Part shown: positions 38,401-49,940 of the stretch, one piece after another
How the letters are laid out: each line of letters opens with the position of its first letter
Numbering within the stretch: position 1 is the stretch's first letter
Origin: Takakia lepidozioides
Lineage: Eukaryota > Plantae > Bryophyta
Assembly (NCBI GenBank): GCA_030704615.1
Contig: CM060733.1
Coordinates: forward strand, 74,648,001-74,712,000
Direction: 5' to 3'
Length of the DNA stretch: 64,000 bases
Translations under genes and position numbers: made by a program
The notes under the pieces: model-generated
What the model saw: the letters and a program-made list of their open reading frames with translations, nothing else
Database searches by the model: none
Told to the model about the DNA's origin: nothing

Positions 38401-38913
38401 CCTTTCTGGTTGTGCTGGTATTGACATTCTTCAAGTGGATTTGTTCTTACTGTAGGATGCCAAGTACTGCCGGAGGGACGTCTACACCGGAGTTCATGGG
38501 CAGGAGGAACGTGCCTTTTTTTTCCAGGGGAGATTTCATGCCTAGTCCAGAAAGGGAGTACATCCTGCCTACTTATGCTGCCCGGCTTGCTTCGGTGTCC
38601 ATTAGGAGGTGTTCCGAACGTAGTCGTGTACAGCAGATTTTAGACGAGGCAAGCCTCAAGAAAATGAAGATGGGAGGAGGCAGCAGCTATTAGAGCCCGT
38701 CGGGCTCGTAGATTTGTGTTGGATTCTGCTGAGGAAAGTGGGGGAGAAGACGCAGAAGATTCCCAGGAGGTGAGGTGGACAGTCCCCCAAGGAGAGGACG
38801 GGATTTTTGAGAGGCATAGTGGAACTGATGCATCACAGAGCTCGGAGGATGAGGGGGATGAGGGGGATGAGGAAGAAGGTGGGGCAAGTTCCTCGGAGGG
38901 TGTAGGAGAGTAG
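32492..38913 (+). CDS. Spliced MULE accessory gene: low-complexity N-terminus, ParB/Srx-like domain, unknown helical region, beta-class amino-methyltransferase-like domain, acidic tail
   Basis: Phase-consistent GT-AG introns 34456-34573, 34764-34865, 35151-35235, 35362-35455, 35671-36564, 37691-37778, 38044-38127, 38327-38455. Motifs FYVWDGNHRLLAW, CDMILLDIPDG and GRILDLTCGTGASMWAGTLSDRHVFAFEPD. First exon (GC donor near 32669) is uncertain; G-run frameshifts near 33337 and 38673. Confidence 0.8.
35738..36540. repeat. Intronic 95-bp tandem array containing GGAAATTCGGCGCC
   Basis: About 8 units lying wholly inside intron 35671-36564; shares gggacttagcca with the 25.6-kb array. Confidence 0.93.
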
Positions 38914-39157
38914 TGCCCATTCCGGCTATGACAGTTAGAACACACTTGTATAGACGTGGCTTGCCACAAAATTTGCAATAAAATGTTGCATTTTAAGTCC
39001 ACTGGTGCCACATTCCAACTTCACATGACCCTATTTCCGTGCCTCCTAACCCTATTTCCGTGGACTCACAATGGTCTGCTCATGCTTTTTTTTTTTTCGC
39101 TCATGTTCATGCCGCTCATGCTCATGCCGCTCATGAAATAGCAGCCCCCCCTGACAT

Positions 39158-42100
39158 TAGACCCATTGTCACCGGAGGAAAGAGACGACGTATACGGCGG
39201 TTCCTGAGGGCTTACAGGAATTGCTTTGCCTTCAGTTTGAAGGACTTGGGAGCACTGAAGGGTCAAGAGATCCGTATTGAGTTGGCCTGACACTATAGAT
39301 ACAGTGACATGAAGAGGTCTTTGATTTGGATGAGGACTTAAGATCTCTGGGAGGCAGGTTTGGTGGAGCTCTCTGGTGGAGAGTATGCTTCAGCCACAAT
39401 GATGCCAACCAAGAAGGATGTCTATGGCAATTGGACGGAGAGACGTATGTGCGGTGATTACCAGCCTGTAAATCGTCAGACCAAGTCCGATAAGTATGCC
39501 ATGCCAACACCAGAGGAGATCTTTGATGCCATTGGGCATGCTAAGATCTTTAGCACTTGGGATTTACGATCCGGATATCACCAATTGCTAATCAAGGAGG
39601 CGGACAAGCAGAAGACGGCATTCTGGGGGATCAATGAGCACGGCAAGGATTGCCTATATCAGTGGCGGTTCTTACCATTTGGCCTTAAGAATGCTCCTGC
39701 AGAGTTTCAGAGAGCCATGGATATGATTCTAGCAGGGGTGGACTTTGATCGGTGCTACATAGATGACATCATCATCTTTAGTGTTACGGTGGAGGAGCAT
39801 GAGAGACACCTTCAGGTGGTATTGGAGCGCTTGAGAGCGCACGGATTGAAGTTGTATCCGGGGAAGTACAAGTTTTTCCACAACCAGATTGAGTATCTGG
39901 GTCACATGATATATCCTGGAGGATTGGGGGTACAACAGACTAAGGTAGAGGCCATTGCACAAATTCCACGCCCCACGGATGTGAGCCGAGTTCGAGCTTT
40001 CATGGGGTTGACAAACTATTATAGACGGTTTGTCAAGGGATTTAGTGCCATTGCAAAGGCTCTAACCAAGCTGACCAAGGTGGACTAGGAGTGGCAGTGG
40101 GAAGATGAGCAGGAATGAGCTTTTCAAGAGCTCAAGGCGAGGTTGACCTCGGCGCCTATCTTGAGACGACCTATCAGGGGGCGTCCCTTTCAGCTATATA
40201 CGGATTGGAGCATGTTGGGGCTTGGAGCCGTGCTCACACAGGTGGATGATGAGGGAAGAGAGTTCGTAGTGGCTTATGCTAGCCGCTCGAACAACGCTGC
40301 AGAGGCTAAGTACAACTCATATGAGGGAGAGTGCTTAGCTGCAGTGTGGGCCGTGACACACTTCAGGTGCTATCTATACGACAATCTTTTCACCCTTGTC
40401 ACAGATCAGCAGCCACTCAAGTGGTTGATGGAGTCAGACAAGCTTACGGGGAAGCTTGCACAGTGGGCACTCATACTCCAGGAGTATGACTTTCAGGTTG
40501 TGCATCGACCGGGTTTGGTCAATTGGGATGCGGATGGATTGAGTCGCAATCCATGCACGAGCTAGCTGGATGACACTGGAGCTCGGTGGCATGGTGAGAC
40601 GGACGAGGAGATGGTGCGGGGATGGCACGCATCTGCATTTTTGTGTATCTTGGCATCGGGAGGTCAGGTTGGACCTACAACAGGGATGACTGTAGATGGA
40701 GTGTCTGAGGACCCTGAGGCTAGTGATGAGCCAGGTGGTGCTAGAGATATACGTGAGGATTCGGCTGTGTTGGACTACCTCCGCGCGGGAGACACGGCAG
40801 CCACTGTGACTGCCAAGGAGATGGATCGGATCCTGCAACGAGCCAAGAGGTTCAAGTGGGAGGGGATACACCTACTTCGAGTGTGGGAGGATGGTCGGGT
40901 GAGGATTGTGCCTCACCCCACACAGCGTGCACGGTTAGTGCGGCATGCCCATGAGGAGTTGGGGCATTTTGGAGTGCGACGCACTCACAGTTTACTGCAA
41001 GGGCAATATTGGTGGCGTGGTATGCATACAGAGGTGCAATAGTTTGTAGCTAGGTGCATGGTGTGTGACAGGGTGCGTGCTTCATTCAACGCCCCTACAC
41101 CACAGTTGCATCATTTACCAATCATGGGATTGGGCTACAGGTGGAGTCTTGACTTCGCAGGACCGTTGCCACTGACTAAGTGCCACCACAGATATGTATT
41201 GGTGATGGTGGAGCACTTCTCCAAGTGGATTGAGTTGGTTCTATTGCCTGACAAGGCTAGTGAGGGGGCTGCGTATGTATTCTTGGATCGTGTGCTTAGC
41301 CGATTTGGTGCTCCAGCTGAGGTACTCACGGACCAAGGGAGAGAGTTCTTGGGGGAGTTTCAGGCTTTGTGTGATAAAGCCTTGATAGACCACCGCACCA
41401 CTTCTCGGGATTATCCTGAGGCCGATGGCTTGGCAGAGAGAGTTGTTCAGACGGTGAAGAGGGGTTTGCGCAAGTATAGCTTGCAGAAGGGACACCTAGG
41501 AAATTGGGATCTTCAGGTTCCTTGGTTAGCCATGGGCTACAGGTTCAGCAAACAAACATCACTTGCCTCCTTCTCACCATATTTCCTTCTCTTTGGCCGA
41601 GAGCCAGATTTGCCTGCAGCCATTCGGAGGGATACTGCTCAAGTCCTTAACCTTGACGATCCAGACATGTGGGTATGTGCATGTGATCAGCGTGCAGAGT
41701 TGTTCAAGAAAGTCATGCCCATGGCTTTTGAGAACCTTGCCATTACATAGCACCGTGATACGTTGAGGTATGCCACTATACGTGGTGGAGGATATCGTCC
41801 TGGGGTTTGGAGGTTTAGCCCTGGTGACTATGTTTATTTGCAGCAGACTGCTCCTACGACTCTGGATGTTACTGCAGGGCGTGTTATTCTGAGGGTTTGA
41901 GAGGTGTTGCCCTCAGGGGTCCTGATCTTGGAGGGTCAGGATGGCATGACTTGGAAGGACCATGTGCGTAATTGTGCGCCATGTCACCTTCCCAATGTCG
42001 ATGACAGAGTTGACCCAAACTTGGCAATGGTACCTGCAGGTTTGAGATGCATGCTCTGTGGGTCTGCCAAAGGGGCAGCCACCATGCTGGTGTGTGATCG

Positions 42101-42191
42101 ATGCTCAAGGGGTTGGCATATGGGATGCTTGACACCACCTCTTGAGAAGGTTCCTGACGGAGATTGGTTGTGTCCACACTGCTTGGGATAG
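39158..42191 (+). pseudogene. pol: RT, RNase H, DDE integrase and PHD finger of the DNMT-Gypsy pol
   Basis: DLRSGYHQ, PFGLKNAP, YIDDI; YTDWS..GLGAVL; H..GHFG..CMVC, SLDFAGP, TDQGREF, GLAER; PHD CMLC...CDRC...HMGC...WLCPHC (42048-42183). Confidence 0.95.
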
Positions 42192-42451
42192 TGGCAGTGG
42201 ACATGACTGGAGGCAGCTAACAAGATATGGGAGGCCAAGCTCATAGGAATCAATACATGAGATCCCAAGCTCAAGTTCACAGGTTGCAAGACGGCGACTA
42301 ACGATGGGGCAACTCTTGCACCCGGCCTCTTGATCTATCGAGTTTGAGTGTAGTAGGGATAGTGGTGGAGGACTTAGTGAGGCTATGGTCACTATCACAT
42401 CTTGTGGCTACCTGGACTTAGAAGGACCTAAGCACTAGCTAGGGGGGCGAT

Positions 42452-43137
42452 TGTGTGGACTAGTGATTGCCATAGTGGGCAGCATAGTGGCAGCCTAGTG
42501 ACTGACTAGTTGTAGCCTAGTGGTTGGACTAGTGGCTGGACTAGTGGTGGACTAGTGATATACTAGTGTGTGGCGTGCACATGTGTTGTGTGGTTTTGGA
42601 CAACGATGTAGTTGTGTAGCGATATGTATGCGCACGATAACTGTCAAGTTATTTTACCACTAGTGTGAAACTAGCTAGGAAATAGCTAGCTTTTACATAT
42701 TGACATTTGGGATTGGCCCAAGTGTCAATCCAGAGGTCAAGGCAGATTTAGGCCCTGGAGTAATTATCTTCACGGCAAGCGCGGGAGGCTCATCTTTCTC
42801 GAGTTGAGCCTCACCCCGCTCATCACTCAAATACAAGTCAAGCCAAGTGCACCCCATGCCATGGGGAATCCACACTACGGCGACATGAGTTTATGCTTCA
42901 GCTTTGTGAGCTCGCATGAGCTTGTGCTTGTATTCTTCATCTTTATCATTGTGTGGACTAGTGACTGCCATAGTGGGCAGCATAGTGGCAGCCTAGTGAC
43001 TGACTAGTTGTAGCCTAGTGGTTGGACTAGTGGCTGGACTAGTGGTGGACTAGTGATATACTAGTGTGTGGCGTGCACATGTGTTGTGTGGTTTTGGACA
43101 GCGATGTAGTTGTGTAGCGATATGTATGCGCACGACA
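42452..43137 (+). repeat. 3' terminal B1-A2-B2 block (B1 42452-42639, A2 42642-42948, B2 42950-43137), preceded by purine tract AGGGGGGCGA
   Basis: B1 and B2 are 188-bp direct repeats with 3 transitions; A2 matches A1. Confidence 0.93.
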
Positions 43138-43544
43138 GGCGCCGCACACTGTTTTGGGATCTAACCAACCAAGGGGGGGAAATTCTTGCTTTAAGAAGGT
43201 GGATTCTTGCTTGAAGACATCGAATGGATGCGAATGGTTTGTCATTTCATTTCTAGTTTGTCATTTGTGGTTTTCTGGTTTCATGTTTTGATGAACGAAT
43301 CCCACGGTTATAGGCCCCTCGACTACAGGCGCCATATCTTTCTAGTGACGTGGCGATGGCTGTCCTAGCGCCACGTCAGCCTACCCACACCACGTCGGCA
43401 GGCTCATGCCACGTCGGCGTGACCGTACGCTCACGCCACATCAGCTGGTGTGAGCGTAGGCTCACGCCATGTCAGCATTGTGTGAGCGTACGTTCACGCG
43501 CGACGCTCACGCCGTTGCGTCGTTGCCTTAGAGTTTCCTCCGTG

Positions 43545-44065
43545 GAACGAGGCATAGTTTGATAAAGCTGCTCATGAATAGAGAACCAAGCCTGCCAAAT
43601 AGACTTCCAAGCACCCAAGCCAGGTAAGGCAGAGGAATTGGAGGCCCCCCCTTTGTACAATCCATCTGAAGGATGGGGGCCACAACTCGAAGTTGGCTGG
43701 ATAGGCTTGTAGGAGATGATGGCGAACCAGGAGGCTCCAATGAGATAGAAAGTACTTAAACACCCTAGGAACCCATTTTGCTAGTAAAGCACGGATTTGG
43801 GAAAGAGGGTCTATAATTCCAAGGCCACCATTTCGTTTCTTTGGTGTGAGTTGTTTCCAGCTAACCAACGCACGTCGAGATTGCTCAGAGGAAGAAGCAC
43901 CCTAGATGAAATTTCGGATCAAAGCCTTGATCTTGTTAACGATGGCAGGTCCAGGAGACCATACCGAGGTAACCAGCATGAAGCCAACAAGACTTGGTTA
44001 ACAATTAAAATGCTTTACCCGCAATGGAGAGATGAACCGAGCACTAGTATGCAAGCTTTTTCTTC
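43545..44065 (-). mobile_element. L1-type LINE fragment (post-RT region), probably the upstream part of 14529-16320
   Basis: VSWKQLTPKKRNGGLGIIDP...ALLAKW motif typical of L1 ORF2 after RT. Confidence 0.75.
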
Positions 44066-44964
44066 AGGTTGACAATGACTCATTCAGCACGCTGCGAGTC
44101 AGTGAGGTCATGGCCAATTAAGTGGCTGACGAGCCTAGTCACACGCGGCCAGGGTGATGGCATACTAGTCTAAGGGGGTCGGGGTAAGTTGCGGTGTAGG
44201 TTGGGCTCGATGAACCGCATTGCTACCGGCAAAGCAGGATTGAACGACTCTACTTCACAGGGCAAGTTTGCATTTCTAAGTCCTACGGAACTTCTACTTT
44301 CTATCAAGTAACTGCCTTCCAAGTCTTTGTTTATTACTACGTCCTACTGCCTAGGTCCCCAAGCCGCTTATAGCCGGGATATCACCTCATCCCTTCACAA
44401 AGCACCTTCTGAACCTAGGGAGGAGAGGAACTCTCCTCCCTCTCCCACTACCCCTTCTTCCCCAAGTGCTTGAGTTCAAGTCACCCTCAGGAAGGGACAC
44501 ATCTTCTTTGTCCCTCCTAAGTTTTTTCTTAACTTCAAGGGATGAGAGTCACCAAGCAATGTCAAACAAATCAGGTGGAAAGTTCAACAAGTTTCCAACT
44601 TCACTTCTCAAGTGTTCCTACTCTAAAAAGTTCAACCCAAGGTGGCAATCCGAATTTCTCTATTCCAAAATATCAAGAATTAATTAAAAATACAATATTC
44701 CAGAAAAATACCTCCCAAATAGAGGCGCAGGAGGAGTCTCCAGCGATGCAAAAACCACCCCCAAAGGGGCGTGGGAACCCTCTGAGAAGTCAATGGAACC
44801 CCGGGGAACACCCGGGATCTGTTCCCCCATTGCGGGAACTGCCGCCTATTCCATGGATGAACGGAATTCGTCCGGTCAGACTCCGCTGCACATTCGTTAG
44901 TGATAAAACGGGCCTGTCGCCTTGCCTAAGACATTCCAGGGGTGGGCCCAAGCCTAGTTTCAAC

Positions 44965-46843
44965 CAGTGTTGTGTGGGTATATTGATTTCAATATACCCT
45001 TAGGGTATAAGTAAATTATTTTTGTCAAATCATTTATCCTCCGGGTATGGATAAATTGAAATCTCAAAATATTATTTACCCTCCGGGTATGGATAAATTA
45101 ACTTTTCAGATCTCTATATAACGGATATGTATGCCAAATTATACCCTGAGGGTATGAATAGTTTCCGGGTATGGATAGTTATTTCAATTAATATATAATT
45201 TAATGGTTTTAAAGAATAAATGATGTTCTTCAATATGTACAAAACACAGAAAAAACAATCTACGGTAAGAGAGAAAATTGATAAGATATTGCATAATATT
45301 TTGGTGTTAACCCTTAAGTTCCAAGCGACCTGAATCGGGTCACTTTGAATTTGCAGTTCCACCTAATTTTTGCAGATCTAATCTGATGGGGCCCACTCCT
45401 GAAGCTTTAATGACAAGGGATTTGTCTCAAGTATGATGCAAAAAAACAAATTAAAAAAAAAACAAAAGCTGCGACTTACAAAAAATATCTTAGATCTTTA
45501 ATTTACGTTTTGGGGCCTGAAAAGGGCTGTTGACCGCTGACATGGCAGGTAAACAAGCCCAAAACAGATTGCACTCCAAAGGGCATTTTTGGCAGAAAAT
45601 TAGCAATTTTGGAAAAAACACTTCACCTTGTGGTGTGTGAGCATTACATACACACATCCACCGTTGGCTTTTAAAAAATTTGTAGAAAAAAAAGTACTTC
45701 ATTTGGAGGCACATTTTCTGTTGTCAATTTTGAGATTTCAACCCCCATGTAATTGCATGAATAGCAACCATAGGTGAAAAAATCAGTTGGACCTGCAATT
45801 TAGTGGGGTCATGGCCACTCCACTATTGATTTGGAAATGGTGGGAAGCAAAATTGGAGAAAGCTAGGTTTTGATTTGGTCAAACCTATTTCTTTCTCACT
45901 TTTTCCTTGGGACCTGATATTTGAGGTCCGGGCCAACGCTATAATCTCACAATTTCCACGGTGGACTTGGCTCATTTTTTGGTATGTCATGCATAAATGA
46001 GCTGGGCCCATTGCTATAAGGCTGGAATCTGTGGATGATTTTTGGTAGGTTTCTAGGGGCAATTTACTGCAGCTGGGTACCCAAAATTGGTAAAAAGTCA
46101 AAAAAGGGCTTGGGAACTTAAGGGTTAATTTCCAATGCAAGATGGAGGAGGTTTGAGATTAAACAAAAAGCACATCGGTTGGTAGCAGCTGGTAAAGTGC
46201 ACAGTGTGTGTCGCTCTGGTGGTTCGGGGTTCAAACCCGCTGCCCTGCCCCGTGTGTGGGATTGTTCGTGATGGTAGGTCCGGGCGTTGATCGTGCTGTA
46301 GGTCTCATGGCCCATAAATGAAAGGGGGTTAATCTTTCCCCCTCCTCAAGGGCCTGAATTGTGGGCTGTCGCTCCCAGGTTTCCTTGAAAATAATAATAA
46401 TAAATAAATAAATCCCCCCCTCAAGGACCTAAATTGTGGGCTGTCAGGTTTCCTTTTATATATATATGCGAGATTTGAAGAGGTATTGTTTGGGTTATAT
46501 GACATTTTAAGAATGATATATATGTAGCATTTGTTTTAGTTGTGATTGGAGCTTTCTTATAGCTCAAGGCTCCCTAACAACCATAAAGGCTACGAAGGCA
46601 AATAAAGGCCCTTATATACCCTGATTAGATATGCCCTTCATTTTGACATATACCCTTTAGAAAAGTAGGGTATATTCAGCATCTGTAAATATAAGGATAA
46701 GGGTATATCATTAAAATATACCCTGATATAAGGGTATACATCCGGGTACCTAAAGTTGCCACACTAGGGTATATATATATATCAATATACCCTGATATAC
46801 CCGCCGGGTATATCAGGGTAATTCATATACCCGCCCAACACTG
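44965..46843. mobile_element. Non-autonomous hAT-like element
   Basis: CAGTGTTG...CAACACTG ends with perfect 8-bp TSD GTTTCAAC; GGGTATA subterminal repeats; no transposase ORF. Confidence 0.92.
46174..46412 (+). mobile_element. tRNA-derived SINE-like insert within the hAT element
   Basis: A-box-like TAGCAGCTGGT, B-box GGTTCAAACCC, A-rich (AAT)n tail. Confidence 0.5.
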
Positions 46844-49800
46844 GTTTCAACCCCCCCTAATATTAAAATAACCACCAGCGCTTTTGCCTCGTGGAAAGCG
46901 TCGTCTTCTACCCCTGGCTCTGACACGTGGGGTTATTGTAGCCATAAAGTCCGGACAAAGTACTTTTGGTTCACACCTGTCTCTAGCTACTCTTCCCTCT
47001 AACTCTCTATTCTAAGGTCTCTTTCAGCTCTTCATGGGCTTATCTGATCGGCCTTCCCAACGGCCCCCTTCTCTCCAAAGCATGCAATTTTCTCACCAAT
47101 AGATCACCCTAATCAGCCCCTTTTCCTTTTAAAGGGGTCAACAAAGAAAGAAATAGTTGAGGGTCCAGAATACCCCTTTAAACAAATCCCCTCCGCTGTA
47201 ACCGCGGGTCAAAGGCGCCCCCGCCACATGGCGGGGCGTAGGGCCTCGCGAGCTGGATAATCGCGCGGACCGCTGCGGATAACAGCAGCGACCGCTGGTC
47301 CGCGGGACGGGGCTTTACCCAACGGGTAATATCTCGTTTTTTTGGCACGCGGCTGTTTTCGCCCGCGTGCTGGCCACGCAGGCTGTTCCTTTTGTGTTCG
47401 TACGACTAGGGTCAGCGCCCCGCCTCCTCAGCGCCGAGGCGTGGGGTCACGGCTGCCTCCCGCGTTTCCTCCGTTGGGTCCCTGGCTCCCGGGCGCACCA
47501 GTCAGGGCTTCCCCGTACCACTGGCGGCCCGTGGGCAGCTCCTACACTCAAAAATACCAAGGCCAAAACAAAATACAAACCCTTCCCCCCCTTTCCTTGT
47601 CTTCAAGGTCCCTTAATGGGGTAACTAGATAAGGTTATCAGGGCCTTTCTAGGCCTTTCAACAAGTAGTCTAGCTTCTGGTTAGAACTTCTCAGAGCTAT
47701 AAATCAACTCATTTTCATCAATAAATAAAAATAAACAAGTACCCAATGCTTCTCTCTATTTCCAATGGTGCCAAAGCCTTTTGGCAAATCATGTCATGGG
47801 GTTCTCCCACCTCAAATGTAAGCTTAAATCATAGCAAATACAAGCGAACATCACCTCTTCCAGAGGGCTATTTTGGTTAATCTATTTTCAACTTCAAGTC
47901 ATGGCTTTGTCAAGTTATTTTACCACTAGTGTGAAACTAGCTAGGAAATAGCTAGCTTTTACATATTGACATTTGGGATTGGCCCAAGTGTCAATCCAGG
48001 GGTCAAGGCAGATTTAGGCCCTGGAGTGGTTATCTTCACGGCAAGCGCGAGAGGCTCATCTTTCCCGAGTTGAGCCTCACCGCGCCTAGCTATGGCGCCG
48101 TAGTGTGGATTCCCCATGGCGTGGGGTGCACTTGGCTTGACTTGTATTTGAGTGATGAGGTTATATATGCATGAGTTTATGCTTCAGCTTTGTGAGCTCG
48201 CATGAGCTTGTGCTTGTATTCTTCTTCTTTATCACTCGAGAAAGATCAGCTCAAGTCTGTGAGTGCCAGGTTCGAGTTGTTTTGTAGCACTTGTGTTTTC
48301 ATGAGAAGCGGTTCAGCCTAGAGTGCAGGGATCCGTGCATGAGCCTATCCAAAGTGGATAGAGTGCAAAGGTGAACAGGTTGCAGGTTTGCAATGGATAG
48401 AGAGGCGGGTAGCCTATGTTGAAGAGCGGCGTTGCATAGCTCAACGCTATGGCAACCAAGTTTGGGCTTCTAGTGTGAAGCGGGGGAGATGCTGGTCTCG
48501 AGTGGGTGAACTGGTGGTCGTCTTCTTCAGTTGCAGACCAAATTAAGGAGCTGCAGCAATGTGGAGCTGCGAGGGTGTTAGATGTAAGTCACAGTTATCG
48601 GGAGCTCCAACTTCAAGCTCATAAGGAGGTATGAGTGAAGAGAGATGGCTGATTTCTCTTGTATGCAAGCCAATGCATTTGTGGCTATGTTGAGTTGGGG
48701 GTTTCAATCTGAAACTCCAGCGGTATGAGGGCTCTTGCCATGGCAAGAGCGGGGCTGGAACAGGAGCTAAGAGGTGCGGCAAGGCCATGGAATGTGCACC
48801 TAGGGTTTCAGAGCTTGGAAGAAAAGTTCTTGCACCACAAGAGGAATGTCTTGTGGCTGGAAATGTAAGCCTTAGGGTTTCAGGAGCTTGGCAAGGGCTG
48901 TGGAGTGCTTAGTCTTGTCTTAGAGAGCATCAAGGAGCCAATGAGCCAAGATAGGGGGCTGATATCTCTTGTGTGAAAAGGTTGCATGTGTGGAGCATGT
49001 ATTCAGCTCATTGAAGCTTCCATCTTCAAGCTTGGAGGGCAAGCAAGGAAGAGGGAATGGCTAACTTCCCTTATGTGAGGGCAATGCATGTGTGGAGCAT
49101 GCTATTGTTAGAGGACTGTAGGGGACTTAGACACTTATACGGGATCTGTAGGGTACCCTTAAATTTTGCACAGACTGAGACAAACAGGAACCTTAGGGGT
49201 GACAGCAGCGCACTGTAGAAGGGGGTTACATAGCCCACACAGCCGACACAGCAGTCACAGCCCACACAGCCAACACAGCCCGTCACAGTCGTCACAGCCC
49301 ACACAGCCGTCACAGTCGTCACAGCCCACACAGCCCACACAGCCCGTCACAGTCGTCACAGCAGACACAGCCCACACAGCCAGTCACAGCCCGACACAGC
49401 CAAACACAGCCAGTCACCGCTTGACACAGCTGTCACGATAATAGGGAACGAAGAGTAGGACAGGGAACGACTGTGGGGAACAACACCAGTGAAGGGAACA
49501 TGTTAGTTCACATACGACGGTTAGAGAGGGAAACGGTTAGAACCGCGGATAGGAGGATAAAGGGAAGAACGGGGAATAGGAAGATGATTATTCGGGGAGG
49601 ACTTCGGAGACAGGCGGGAGCGGAGATCGGAGAGCACGATGAAGGAGAAAAGAGGATTAGTAGAAGCTTGTCATATGCAAAGCTAGAGTGATATTGTAGA
49701 GTAGATTAGAGACATAATGGATTCGGCCTGATACCTGATAAATCATAATCTGATACTTATACAATACAATCACACTGTGTAGAGAGATCTGAGTGAAGCT

Positions 49801-49940
49801 GTGGATTGAATGGAGGAGTTAAGGAAACCGATAAATTGATGAAGCAAACTGATACTTAATTATCAATGGTAAGGTAGCAAAGATGAATGCGGAAAAGGAA
49901 ACAAATAGGAAACACCCCCATGATACACTAGCTGTAGGTC

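Larger units (their letters stand above)
25231..39149. mobile_element. Mutator-like (MULE) DNA transposon, 13.9 kb, two divergent genes
   Basis: TIRs GAGGTTTGCTATTTCATGAGC / GCTCATGAAATAGCAGCCCCC; 8-bp TSD CCTGACAT (25223-30, 39150-57); removing it restores the host frame ...EDNWEPDIRPIV...FLRAYRNCFAFSLKDLG. Confidence 0.93.
18353..43137 (+). mobile_element. Ty3/Gypsy-type retroelement: gag-PR-DNMT-RT-RNaseH-INT-PHD, split direct repeat termini; interrupted by a MULE
   Basis: TGTC...GACA ends; 4-bp TSD GACG(18349-52)/GGCG(43138-41) in a split palindrome; Gypsy domain order; many premature stops. Confidence 0.9.

Noticed and set aside
32492-38913. Bacterial or phage contamination explaining ParB and the methylase
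   Set aside because: The gene has multiple spliceosomal introns and lies within TIRs/TSD inside a plant retroelement.
18353-43137. DIRS/PAT/Ngaro tyrosine-recombinase element, suggested by the split repeats and a methyltransferase
   Set aside because: It encodes an aspartic protease and an HHCC/DDE integrase and has a TSD; no recombinase R-H-R-Y motifs were recognised.
49166-49691. ORFs duplicated at 61598-62169
   Set aside because: They are incidental frames in the two LTR copies.
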